Assembly (NCBI GenBank): GCA_051362555.1
Contig: CM120648.1
Coordinates: 9,606,587-9,670,586 of the forward strand
Source of the DNA: Lingula anatina
Taxonomy: Eukaryota > Animalia > Brachiopoda
Direction: 5' to 3'
DNA: 64,000 nt
A program made the translations under genes and the position numbers. The notes beneath the pieces were generated by a model. That model saw only the letters and a list, made by a program, of their open reading frames with translations. It did not search any database and had not been told where the DNA came from. Shown here in pieces: positions 26,432 to 39,866 of the stretch. The first letter of the stretch is position 1. Each line of letters begins with the position of its first letter.

Positions 26432-28334
26432 GTAAGTGAAACTGCATCAATGTTGAAAGCCTGTGTGAGCGAGAGGTTGTAGTTGGTGCGATGTCGGAAA
26501 AGTTTTGGCGAGTTAAATTAGAACAGTAGCGAGTAGTGTCTCACCTGTTGTTAAGCGTGCTAGCGCTCGCCAGACACGGTTCCATTCATTCTTTGCACTC
26601 GTGTTCAACTTTCCCCCGACTCCAAAACGAAGAGTTTGCACTTTGAAAATATGTGTCAGGAGTGTGCCCCAGACGCTAGGCGTTCATAGACGCACAGGCC
26701 ACCCAGCTATCAAGATATTTGAGAAATTTCGCAGTGATTGAAGCCTGAATATGCATGCATTTCAAGACCTGCGAACCATGAAATCGCCGAGGGTTGAAAT
26801 AGACATGGTTGTACATTACATTTCGCACGGCACAGTTTTCATTCATTTCCAGTTTTAAATCGTATAAAATTATGAATAAAAATTAAAACTAATATTAGAT
26901 TTAATTATTGATTGGAATTTGAATTTTTGAAAAAGCTCATTGAATACGGAGAAAAAGAGAGATAAATAGGGTTTTTTTTGTATTATTGAAGTTGTATGAG
27001 GAGATTGATGTTTATTGACCCATTAGAGCCTGCGTCATCAAAACAAACGGCAGCCATACTGGAGGGAGACCGGAATCGTCTGCTGCGCATGAACAAGCCA
27101 TGTCTGTAGTTCAGTTTTCGTTTTCTGTATTTTCTTTCATATTTAACCGAGCAAGATGATGAATTACTGCAGGGTATTTGGTCGAGAGAAGGTAACTAAC
27201 TTTACAAGCGTTCACAGACTGCCTGCAGTGGTAAAAATCCATGGTGAAGGAACTAAAACCATAAACGGAGGAGAGACGGCGAGGTGGCTTTGAATCAAGA
27301 CTCTTCGGAAAAGTAAAGGATAAAACTAATTTATTTTATAGCAAAGAATGAAGAGCCAACTGTGCAGATTTTACCATAAAAGAAAAAACAGTAGAACACC
27401 AAAGACCTAGGTGTGTATGTTTGGGGCGCACGTATATATTTAAAGTAGTGCCCAAAAAGTGTGGGTGGAGAGTGTGTTAATTTGTTAAAACGTGTTGAAA
27501 TACCCAGGCAGGGTTTCGACTTTTATAATGAAGACTCACCTATTGCCTTGGGTGTAATTTGTTATCAGTTACGGTGCTCTCTAGATTTTATCGGCTGTCA
27601 CCTACCTCTTTTATACCTGGTTAGCATTATTCCCAATTAGTGTCAAGGCTATATTTGTACTGTACACAGCTGAGCTGGGCCAATTAAATCAATTACCTGT
27701 ATGAAGTGTATTTGGAAGTTAGTGGCTTAATTTTCGATTTGGTGTAGTGATAAGAGTAATTTTATTTTGCAAGTAAATTCTACCTCAGGTGTAATTGACA
27801 TATAACTTTAATAACCTAGCTCATGAAATAATTTTGCACTTTCCTCTGTAAAAATGTTAAATTCTGCTCCTTTCAGCTGTAATGTTGTAAGTTATAATAT
27901 GAATAAAAATCACTATTGTTATCTTTCTATTAATTTACATTTAGGAAATTGATCAGGCATTTCCCACCAAGCCACACTCATTGGGTGCAAGTAAATTATA
28001 TATATTAAAAAAAAAAAAAAACGGAAGCTTTTGATGACAGGTACAAAAGGCAGCTAGATGACACACAAGGTAGAAGCAGCAAAAAATATTCCTAGATCTC
28101 TGTGACCAGCTGAGGAGACAGGATCTGAACATCAGGAGAGTGAAATCCAGTGCATGACAGGAGTTATTTAATTGAAGCGACACTCAGAACTCAGCATTTC
28201 ATGTTCACTTTTATTCATACAAAATGTGCACTTTTCCTATATGTTTAAGAAAATTGTTGTAGAAATCAATTCATGAACTGAATTATTGTTATATTACATT
28301 GGACATCATAAATACATAAGTGTGAAAAATGCCT

Positions 28335-29314
28335 TGCTTCTGTGAATGACTGAATAATAATAAAATCCTAACAATGTTGCTTATATGAATGGTTGCATTC
28401 ATGGTGAATATTAAACTCTCTCAAACAACAGTCTCGTTACATGTATTTTCTAATGAACCAAAATGAAGTACAAGAATGCTGAAATAATTTAAAAAGTTGA
28501 TGATGGTATAGAGCAAATGTTCTGCATACTTTACTTCTGTATAAACAATAGCATCTGAAAATCCCCAATATTGTTAGGCTTTACATTAAAAAAAGAGAAC
28601 AACAAATACCTGATATTGCAGTTTTAAAGTAAATTTAAAATATATGAATTTTGTTCACTGAATACCTAGCAAAATATTTTCAATGCAAATGGTATATTAA
28701 ATTTTATAAAATCAGTTTGATACAATACTTTTTATGACAGTAGATGTATTTTGAAAACTTATGTACAACACAACTTACCACCTTTATTTTGATACAAAAG
28801 ACACGTCTTTTTCATCATTGACATAGTTTCTATTGCTCCATTGATATCAAGTGTATAGTCCCATGGCAAATTCCCATTCTCTAAGTCCCACGTAAACTGA
28901 GGTTTGAGGATATTTGTAGTGCCTAACAAATGCTTCTGTGAATGACTGAACTAATAATAAAATGCTAACAATATTGCTTATATGAATTAACAACAGTCTT
29001 GTTACATGTACTTTCTAATGAACCAATATGAAGTACAAGAATGCTGAAATAATTTCTGACAGCTTCACGATGTAAAGATAAGTCATAACTAACAGCAATA
29101 TTTCATGTCATAAGACAATCATACATTCTTCCTTGAATCCACAAGGGTTTATTCTGATGATCAGCTCAAATTTCTTATATCTATCCTTTATGAAAACAGT
29201 TGTTTCTATTTAAGGTTAAACTTATGATTACACATTAAACTCTCTCAAACTATAACTGCTATTACCCAATGAACAAGAAAAATGAAGTACAAGATAACTG
29301 AACTATCTTCTGAC
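28335..29314 (+). repeat. Degenerate local triplication
   Basis: 28335-28490 and 28931-29055 share TGCTTCTGTGAATGACTGAA...ATGAAGTACAAGAATGCTGAAATAATTT. A more diverged partial third copy lies at 29234-29314. Confidence 0.9.
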
Positions 29315-30390
29315 CTGACAACACGATGTTGGGTAAGTAGCATTTAGTAGGATTTCACGTTTTTAGACTGTCTTGAGTTCATATCGGTCGATCCCGCTGA
29401 GCAGCTGAAGCCTCAGCTTGTATATATCCTTTTCCCTTTGGTGTCCTTGATCGTGATATGAAGTTTACTTTATTTTATTTGGTTTACCTATATTTACGCT
29501 ACTATTCCCCGTCGTTCATTCCCTCCAGCATGGCCGCGGGACTAGTGTTACGGAGCAAATATGACGTCACTGTAATCGGTTAATAATGTACCAGTTTTAA
29601 AGAAAAAATGATAGAAAAATATTGTTTAAAAAAATTCATTTTTGATATCAACTACAAGATTTTCCCAAAATTCCCTACCAGTTAAAACAAATATACACCA
29701 GAATGGTCAATTATAGAATTCATCCTGTGAATAGAATTCAAACTGAAAAAAGATCCTCTAATTGAAAAACCCCAAGAGGCAGATTTTTCTGTCAGCTGGA
29801 CTACAACCCTACAAATTTAGAACAGTTTCGTATAGAACATGCCAAAATGACATAACATTCTCCAGATGGGAAAACCAGTGAAAAAAAAGAACATGTTTTT
29901 GCACTTTTTACCAACAACTCAACTCTTCAGCACAAACATAATTCCAGTGTCATGTTATTTTAAAACTAGCTTGAAACATATCAGTCCTCGCAGCTATAAA
30001 ACTCTTGAACTCAACTTAAGTAGTGGTTGGTGTGGAAAGAACTGAAAAATTAGCACGTTGAAAGAGGCATGTGTTAAGTTTGATTTTTATGGCTGAAATG
30101 GCAATTAAGATAAGATTAAAGTTCTGTAGTAGGAAGTGAAAAGCACTTTCTGAAAAATTACTCTGTTTGTGAAAGCACAAGTTTAAGTTTGTTTTCATGG
30201 ATGAAATGTTTAAAGTCATATTAGGATGAAGATATGGTAACTATAAACTGCAGTGTTGAAAATATCGTGTTGGACAGCATGTTTGACTTTATGGTTGGAA
30301 ACAGCAATAAAATTCATATTAGGGTTTAGAAATGGCAAAAGGATTCGCTAAATTTGGAGTAAGTTGAAAAATGGCCAATTAAGAGACTAA

Positions 30391-30642
30391 GGCTTCGTTC
30401 ACATGCAATGTCTATTTTCTATTTTCTATTTTCTATTTTCGGTATGTCTTATGATCACGGTCTGTGCACTGAATATCCCGCGGCGTAATTACTGGCAGCG
30501 CGAGCCAGTTACTATAAGTTACTATAAGTAACTGGCTCGCGCTGCCAGTAATTACGCGGCGGGATATTCAGTGCACAGACCGTGATCATAAGACATACCG
30601 AAAATAGAAAATAGAAAATAGACATTGCATGTGAACGAAGCC
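30391..30642. mobile_element. Palindromic PIF/Harbinger-like MITE
   Basis: 252-bp near-perfect inverted repeat with GGCTTCGTTCACATGC...GCATGTGAACGAAGCC termini, flanked by TAA on both sides (30388-30390 and 30643-30645). Confidence 0.9.
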
Positions 30643-33600
30643 TAACATGGAAGCATGCTTTGCTGAACCTATTTATTACAAGGACTGATGAAGAATGGAA
30701 CTTAGAGTTTTGAGGTACCAGGGGATTTGTGCTTTGCTTTAGTTGAAATGCTAGAATTGATATATAATTGGAGTGAAACTGTGGAATTAAAATGATGGAT
30801 AAACAAAAAATAGCAACTTTATTGGAAATATGTAAATAGGTTTATAGAAAATTAATGAAATTTTGATTGGGCATTTTTTATTGTTATCCAAGTTAAGAAA
30901 TGGAACCTTTGAATGATTTAGAAAGTTCTCATAATTGTATGTGACAAATGTTAGGAAAATAAATAAGAAAATGGTTAACTCAATAACAGAATTGCTAAAA
31001 GGCACACTTTTTTTAAAAAAACTTCTTGTATGGATTATATACATCCATTCTTCATGGCTTCAATTTTCACACAAATGCAGAATTAATCCTCTGAGAAATT
31101 TTTGTCCATTTCGACTTTAATAATCAGATTTTACGAGTGTTTTTTTTATGGAGTCCACATCACAGTATATATTTTATTTCACTTCGGGAGTTAATCAGAA
31201 GAATGTACTGCAATTTAATGGCTCCATTCATCATGTTAGCAGTTTTAATTTCCCCAGCACTTGTAAAGGACTCTAGGTGCACGTAATCGTTATCGTAATG
31301 CAGGTTGAGACTTTGCGAACCAGTTGGAATCTGTCCTACAACTGTACTGTTGTTCAACTTTTAAAACAGTTTGATACTTTCTCGGCACTCATCAGTAACT
31401 GATTTGCATGTCATTTATGGACTTGTTTTTAAGACATTTTGGCTGTGGTAATCAGAATGGAAAAAACAACAACAATCGGTCAATATTGATTTATTTTAAT
31501 TAGCCAGCATTTACAGGAGATGTACAGAATTAATCAGATGTTTCTAACTGCTTTTAGATGGATGCCCTTATGCACAATACCCATACATCATTACTGCCAG
31601 CTTATTGTGCACTATAAATGTGCCCACCTCTCTTGATTAACTCTTTGCATTACATCAATGAGACGCGTCACCCTTGCTCAATAACACAGAATGACCAGTT
31701 GACCGCTGGCTACTAGGGTGCAAGTGACCATTACATCCTGCCTGTGATGAGATATTTGACAATTGGGCCATATGTAGGGCTTGTGTAAAATCACCTGCCT
31801 TTTTTAGTACAACCTTGGTTAGATAGAGGTATCTGATTTTGATATGACTCGGGCCTATCCCCGAGAGAGTGTGAAAGGGATATATCTGGCTTCTTGTTGT
31901 TACATGATCCAACAGTCTAAATAGATGGTAATGTGACTCTGTCAGTTGTATAATTTAGTTAAAGAAACTGCTTAAATTTAATCTTTATAGTAATTGTGTG
32001 TGATTTGAGAATGAGGGATCATTTACATGAATCATTCGAGTCCGTGCTTCTTAAAGTTGTATGCAGGCAAATTTGATATGGGCAACTTGTTCTATCTCTG
32101 ATCTCTCTTTGCAGTAATTGATATAACAAAAGTATGTAGATTGCTTATAATAATTGTTCACTACTTCGATAACATTGGTTTTAATGTTATATTTTAACAA
32201 AGTTTGGTTCATCACATTATTTTCTGTGTGGCTGGAAAACATAATAACGTGAAACATTTTAATGGACAGCTGTCTTTTGGTGTAGTCTTAACCAATGCAG
32301 CAGTAGCTGAACTCTACCAATCTATTACAACAATGTTCGCGTGATTAGAATGGTATAATCGACAGGTAACATTGATACATATGTTATATAAGAGCTCCAT
32401 CTGGTGTCTAATCACTGGTTATCTTGTGGTTATGCGAACAGTGCCGTCATTTTCTGATGGATGAGAGCAGGGAGACCATACATTTTAACACGGAAATAGA
32501 AGGTGTTGAATTGAAATGGCCATCTGTTCTGCAAAGTTCCAAGTTATGTAATTGAGTTGAAGATTGATGGGTTTTAGAAGTTTAAAAATAGCAGATAAAT
32601 GTATTAAAAATAAACTTAAACTTTTCTGTTATTATTTGATGGCACATATTTTTGTTGGCTCATAGATGGGTGAAATTTTATTAAGCAGATTGAATAGAAA
32701 ATTGAAAATTAAGAAATTAACCAGTTTGAAATGCGGGCTGACTCCCTTTGTGCTCATCGCTGACATCTTTCAAAAGCAGGACATATTTTCAATTGCCAGC
32801 GACAATTTTCAAGTTGTTTATCTGCTCCCTAACTACAGGTTGTCTATTGGCATGACAGCCTTTCGTGAGCACCGAAAATTGTAAAATTGGACATCTGCTT
32901 GTTAACTACTCGGTGGAAATATGGCAATCATCCTCTGAATTTTTCACACCTTTCTTATAATATATACCAAGTTTGCGTGTGTCTTATTCACGGCTTTTGT
33001 TGTGTTTTATGTTCAGAATTTTTCAGTCCATGCACCTTTTCTTTCTAAATATAGGTTGTAAACCTCAGAGTTAATTACCAAAGGGAAGGAGGTGTGGGGG
33101 AGGGGGGGGGGCATAACACATGTTCATGTGTATACATATTCAGACTTGGTAAAATTTTTCAATAACTTTTGTTCTGTTCTAAATCAGTTTGTTTTGTGGT
33201 CATGCAATTGACTCTGACAGCTCCTTATTTATGATGTATGGCGATAGATAATGACACCAGGGCCTCCGCATAATGACTTGGAAAGCAACACTTCCGACCA
33301 TGTCATACCTGATGGATGACACAACCAAGTGCGAGGTTATTTGTGGTTATACATCCCTGGGGCACCCTTTGTTTCCATCGTGGCCCTGTCCCATATAATG
33401 TTCATTGTTTTGGGATGACACTTTAGCAATGGCACATATCCCTTTGATAATGCACTGTTTGGGGCAGCTTATCAGACTCTTCTGGGCCCTAATATTGTGT
33501 TAAATATATGTATGGTCATTCTCTTCTTTCTCTTCTTTTTGAGTCTCTTTTTGTTTATACCAGGCTATTCCTACCTTAAACAAATTCCCCATAAAATTAT

Positions 33601-36600
33601 ACCCCAGTTGGGCACCAAAATCGATAAATAGGGACCATGATATGGATAATTGGTGTCTTCAAGATGGGGCCCCTCACTGTATGACAGAACTCTATCACAT
33701 ACACCAACCCAATAATTACCCCAGAAAAGGGTGCCATTTTACATGGGGTGAGATTCCACAGAGCAGAACAAATTCTTTCTTTATGTAGTTGGTAGTAGTT
33801 TGGAAATATCTAGGATGAATTTTGACCTCATGTTTTTTTTTTCTTACAAAATCAACCACAATTTGAGGAAACTTTGAAATGGAGTACTCTTTGCCTTAAA
33901 TTAATTTCATTCTAGGAAATAAATTTAAAAATCAAGTTGAGAATAGCCTAATATGGCTAAAACAGGGGATATATTCCATTGTGTCATTATTTAGTGGTGG
34001 GGTGTGATTCACCATACCTGCTGTCCCCTTGGGGAAACTTGGTGACAGGGGGAGGGGACGTCACAGCCGTTGAATGTCTCTGGCATTGTCTGAGGCGATG
34101 TCGCAGACAGGGTGGTTTGCCAACCCTTTGGGATTTTGATGAGAAGATGACCATGTGACTGGTCAGTAAAGTGAGGTGTCTTCTGACCCTCGGGCAGGGA
34201 CAGCTGACCACCTGTGATAAATTCTGTGTTCGTGCCTCATGGGTAAAAATTGTCAGAAAATGGCTTGTGTTGGACATGAAATTGATTTGTTTTTTTTTTT
34301 TTTTGTAAAAAGTAGAGGTTCCAAAGATTTTGAAAGGGGGGGGGGGGGGAGACTATCAACAACAGATGAACAATATGATTTAAGACATTCTTTGGAAATT
34401 ATTTTTCACAGAAGAAATTTTGCTATGTTTTCACCTTTCATGAATACAGTTTACAGAAGCCAAAAAGATGGTAACAGCTCTTCAAAAATCATCCCATTTT
34501 AGAACAATTATCATCATTACTGTCCAGGTGATGGCAATGTGCTCCTTCTGGGGCTTGTCACAGATCTTCACATGTGGCAGGTTCTCTCCTTGTGTCACCA
34601 TATTGTCTCCATATGTGTGCAAATGTCACAGTCAGGTAGTTGTTGAAACAATTTCCGTTTGATCCAAAGACCTATTTTTACCTATTTGAGGCCAGAGATG
34701 TTGCTGCCACATCTTGTCATTGTTATGGCATTGGTTCAGCTATGTGTGATAATGACTGGCGTTCTATTGTTTGCTGATAGTGTTTTTTCGTTGTGATGAC
34801 AGTTATTGTTCATTGATGATATCTCTAGTATTGCATATCACACAATAGATTATGAAGGACACATATCCTACCACAGCTAAATTTTTTTTTTTTTTGTAGA
34901 AAAAAAGGAAAATTTTGTTAGAAAGCATTTTAGATGGTATGTTTATTTTTATTTTTTTTTTATCATAAAAATTTTTCATTTTTGATATTTTTTCTATTAA
35001 ATTTTTTATAAGCGGTCTTGACTTCATTTTGTCGTACACATAGAAATGGACAGACTTAGAATTAAACTATCTCTGATAAGGACCCAACTTCAAACCCACA
35101 AGAGGAAGGATGAAATTACAGGCAAAGTTCTTCCAAATTATTTTGAAAATGAGGGATTTATGGATTTAAAGATCTTGTCATAGTTTCTTTCTCAGATTAA
35201 GTGTATGAAATTGAAAGGGTAAAGACACATGTAAATTTCTCGATTTTGCTGCTTACAAAGAAATAGTACTGGTTACCCTGTCAAAAATTCTTCTGGTCAC
35301 TTAAGTACGATGACCAAGAGTTTTCAGAATCTCTTAGATCATGTTGTATTAGTCTTAACCCCCTCCAGTCTTTTCCATCTGTCGCCACGAGGACAAACAC
35401 AGCAGACGACACCTGAATGGAGAGAATCAAGATAAGCCGTTGGGTTAAGCAACGACTATTTGTAGAGAGACCCAGTGAAGTATCGTTTTCATAAACGGAT
35501 TGATCTTAATTTATACGAATTCGATAGTTTGAAAGGGAGGAAGAACACATTGGCTGTGGCAACTTGAGACGCACTTAGAAGTTGGTGAATGAGCTGAAAT
35601 TGTGTGCTGAGCAAATATATTCAGTTTTGGCATTTGTGATTCCAAATGGCTACTGGACGACTAAATTTTGAGCAAACGTGACTAATTTAATACCCTCTTT
35701 GTTCTACTGGAGTCAGTGGACTTTCTGAGCGTTGTTTTATTGGCGTAGGGAAGTGCCCAGTGCTGTTAGTCAATTTTCTGTTATTTGTATTATGATGTGT
35801 GACATAAGTGATGGTGTGCGGTGTGTTCAGTAGTCCCCCTTTCTCTTTGCGCAAAGGGAAATGCCTGATTCATTGATCAATTTTCTTCTATTTGCGTTAT
35901 GATATGAGTAGGGTTTCTTCCCGTGTGTTCTCACCTAGTGTGTGTGTGTGTTGGCCCTCTTATACACACACACACATTTAAAAAGAAGCACACATGCTCC
36001 CCCATATATTAGATAAGTAAATAAATACATAAATGTTGAACCATACCAACCCTACAAAAATACTCCCATAACAATACAAATGGAGTTATAGGGCGAGTTC
36101 TTTAAAGAAGGCAGACAAAACAAATTGTGAGCATGTATAATGGCGTCAATAGAATTGGTGCCCGATTTGGGTATTTACTTTCCAAAATGGTGGTCACTAT
36201 TATCCCCTGCTCCAATGGATTTTCTCAAAGCGATTTTCTTCCTTATTAAGCAGTCATTATACCTTAATGGGCGCCCTTTGAACAAGGGGAAGGTTTTGCT
36301 GGTGGTTTTTCCAGCCTCCGTAGCCTCCCAGTACTTTTGTTTGTTGTGAAGGTGGCTCATTATGCATTTATGAGTTAACTATATGAAATTTTCATGTCAA
36401 ATAGGGGACCTCTTAAAATCTGGTGGTCAGACCAACAAAAGGGTCAGGGTCAGGGTGCTAAGTGGCCTAGATTGACCCTCATTTTGTTGTTTGACCCCCA
36501 TTATTTCGCATATATTTTTAAAAAGCTCTTTGCTAGAAAAATAAAGTGCTCTTTTCATGATGAAAACTTAACCAATGAAATGTGCTGAAAAATGATTTCA

Positions 36601-39462
36601 GTCCAATTTTGAACTTCGCAGGTATTCAAGTTGTTGTCTTTTAGTCATGTCACCTGGTGTTTAAAAGTTGTTAGATCAAGAAACAAAGTCAGAAACTTGT
36701 TGAGAAAATTGTAAAAAAAAAAAAAAAAAAAAAGGAAAAGAAGCCAAAGCCAAATAGCTACCATCTGTTATCTCTTTGTATTACTTTTAGTTGAGAGATC
36801 TTTTTTAAAAACTTAAAATGTTATTGCAGTTCTTACAGTTGAAAAATCTGCTCGTTTGATGGTGCATTTGGGTTCTGATTTACCATCCTAAAATGGGAGT
36901 CCGTATAAAGGCAGCCAGCTCATGCCTTGGGATGCCAATCCAAGGCAATTATTTCTCAGGAACATACAGTGCATTTTGCAGTGAAAGTGAAACATAATAC
37001 TTATCAAAGGACACAAATTGTGTCTGAGAGAGGCTTGTTCACTCCCTAGGATACCTTATTAAGGCTGTGAATAAACTGGTATTGACAGCCTCTAAAATAG
37101 CTGACACCTTTCTTTTGGTTCAACACTTCAAAGGAAGCCGGGCTTTAAGATTATTGGAATTTAATGTCGCTAAAACGGGCCTTCATTAGAATAGAATACC
37201 GATCCAATTAGGGCAGAATGGGTAGATAAACAACCCAGGAGTGAAATCAAACTTTCTATTGACGATCGTCCTTTGATATTATTGGGTCGATTCCTAGAAA
37301 ATGTGTCCTGGGGCAGACACGGAAGGACTCTTAGAAATGTGACTGGTGTTGTTGTAGAGGTTTAGAAACTACAGTGGTGTCAATACGTTCAGATTCCGTA
37401 GTTAATCTGCATGCTATTCTGGACAATTGTCAAATTGTGCTGTTGAAATGATGCTGAAAAGGGCAGGTTAGTTGTTAGAAATAGGACTGATAGTTTTGTT
37501 AAATCATGTACCTTTCAATATGACTGGTATACAAATAATTAGATATTATACTGACAATGTTTTTCATCATATATGCCAAGAAAATCCTAATTTCAAATAT
37601 TTTTTTGTAATAATATTAGAATTATGCAGTGAAAAAACAAGAAAGTTCGTAAAATGACACAGGTTGAATTTGAACCCCCTGTTTTCAATATATGTTCTTA
37701 ATTTTGAATTGATTAAATTAAGTTGATTCAAATTAGAAAGTGCTAATTGGCTAAAAAGAATCCAGGAGCAATTTTTCACAACAGGTCCATTCATACCTTG
37801 AATCTCTCAGGTGCCATAAGCTGCAAGTCATCTCAGTATCAAAACAAGCTGTTAATACTACATCATTAAGCAAAGTGTGATACAAGAAGCAAATATGGCA
37901 GGTTGTAAGGGTTCTTGGTGAAGGAGAAGCAAATAGTATGAAGCAATAGACAATAAAGTAATAAATGTGGTATGGTATCCTCTTGTCAGAAGGTGTTATG
38001 AAAATTGATTTTAGAATTTATGACCCCAGCCCTAATTGAGGATAGAGTTGGACCTGATAGGGTGGTGTTTCTTACGCTTTCTTCCTCTTATATGGTAGGA
38101 AAATTGCTTAGGTTAGACAGCTAGAATCATAAAGCTGATTCTGAAAATTTATGGCTGCAGCTTTGAGAGATAATCTAATAAAAACAAGAAGCAACCGATT
38201 CAAAAGTTATTCACTTGCTGTCACAACACGTAGATGGATAACTCAACAGGTCTGACAATGATGATCGTAAATTGATTCTGTAATTGACAGCTGATGCAAT
38301 AAAGAAAAGACAGGTGTGTGTGTTTGGGGGAAGGGTGGAGCAGAATATGTTTAATTTTATCATTAATCCTAGAATATATGGTCCAAGCAGTGCAAGATAG
38401 TCGGTTCCTTTCACATCATAAGCAAAGTAATTATCCGGCTTTGACGTAGAAAATTGATAAAATTGTTCCAAAATTTATAATCTGTGTGCAGTGAAAGAGT
38501 TGACAGGTGGACCTCAAGTTTTTAGGAAGCCATGAATGATTTGATAGTCTTAACAACTTTATGGGCAGCCGTAACTGTGGTAGCCGCGTTGTCAAGATGG
38601 TAAATAATCCCCTTTGAAGTTGTGGGAATTATAAAGGATTGTAATAATTCAAAGTAGATACCATTGTTTTCGTTGTGATTACCTGTATCGTAGGTGTGTA
38701 TTAGTCAGAATTAGTCTTGGACTAGTTTTGTCCTCTGATTTTAAGTAGCTCAGTGTTATCTGATAAGAAAGGTGGCCATCATTGACGGCCTGATATAGCT
38801 CTGTGGTCAAAAGAGTAGCATTTTGTGGTCAGGTGTTTTTTGTTTTTGTTCTTGGGTTTCGTTGAAACTGGTGCCTTTATTGTAGCAATAATTATTGAAA
38901 CATTTTTTATTGGTCAGTTGAATGACTTGTGATTTCGTACCTAACAAAATGTTTCCGTTAGAGTCTTTTGCCTGTGAATATTTCTTTAACAGGATCTCAA
39001 TGAACAAGTTACTTTATAAAAATAGTAGTACAATGGTTGAGATAATCTATGGTAGAGATAGTATTGAAAAGGGAAGTTGGTCATGAGGTGTCACAATTGT
39101 GGTCATGTGGTTTGCCATTTTGGCCCTTTGGGTGTATTTTGAGGGTTCACATTTTTACAGGTACGATGAAATAATAAAACTAGAATGCTCTGTGACCATA
39201 TTTGTTGAAATGCACTGGTTTTACAGAAATCAAGATTGTGATCATTTTCATCTTGGTCATCTGCTTTTTCCTCCCTTCTTTTCAATATCCTGTATGTTGC
39301 AGTTATTATCACTGTTGTCTCCAAAGGAAAACGGGACTCGGATATCTAATGAGTAAGATAGGTAATTGTTCAAGATGAGGATGTGACGTTTGTTGTGTTT
39401 GATACCTGATCGTAATTACAGTCTTGTTGACCACAGGTATTGTATAACAAACCCACACACCA

Positions 39463-39531
39463 GAGAGAGAGAGAAAGAGAGAGCGAGAGAGAGTGAGAGT
39501 GTATATATATGAGAGAGAGAGAGAGAGAGAG
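39463..39531. repeat. (GA)n-rich microsatellite
   Basis: Direct reading. Confidence 0.85.
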
Positions 39532-39823
39532 TTTTGGCAGTCATCCATGTTGAACACACCATACCAAAATTAAATCTGAAAATGAAATTCCCTGAGACAA
39601 GATACAGCCAAATTAGATAGAACCCAAAACTGTAGTGGAATTTCACTTAAAGATGTATAGATATCTAAAAAATTGAACCATGAAATTTGCTGCACCTGAC
39701 ACAGATATGTCCTAGATTGAGTTTGAAGGTCCAACCCTGGTATAGGTATGGCAACATTTGGTGTCTCCACTTCAACCCTCTTCTCTGATTACGCCTCTAA
39801 TTGATCTGTCTGTCTTATGACAG

Positions 39824-39866
39824 GTCCAACGATACGGCAGCCACAACATACACGCTTGGTGATAAG
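39824..39866 (+). other. Candidate small internal exon of the signal-peptide gene
   Basis: Branch-like CTCTAAT, acceptor tgtctgtcttatgacAG and donor AAG|GTGAAT. Phase-1 reading GPTIRQPQHTRLVI is open. Confidence 0.25.
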
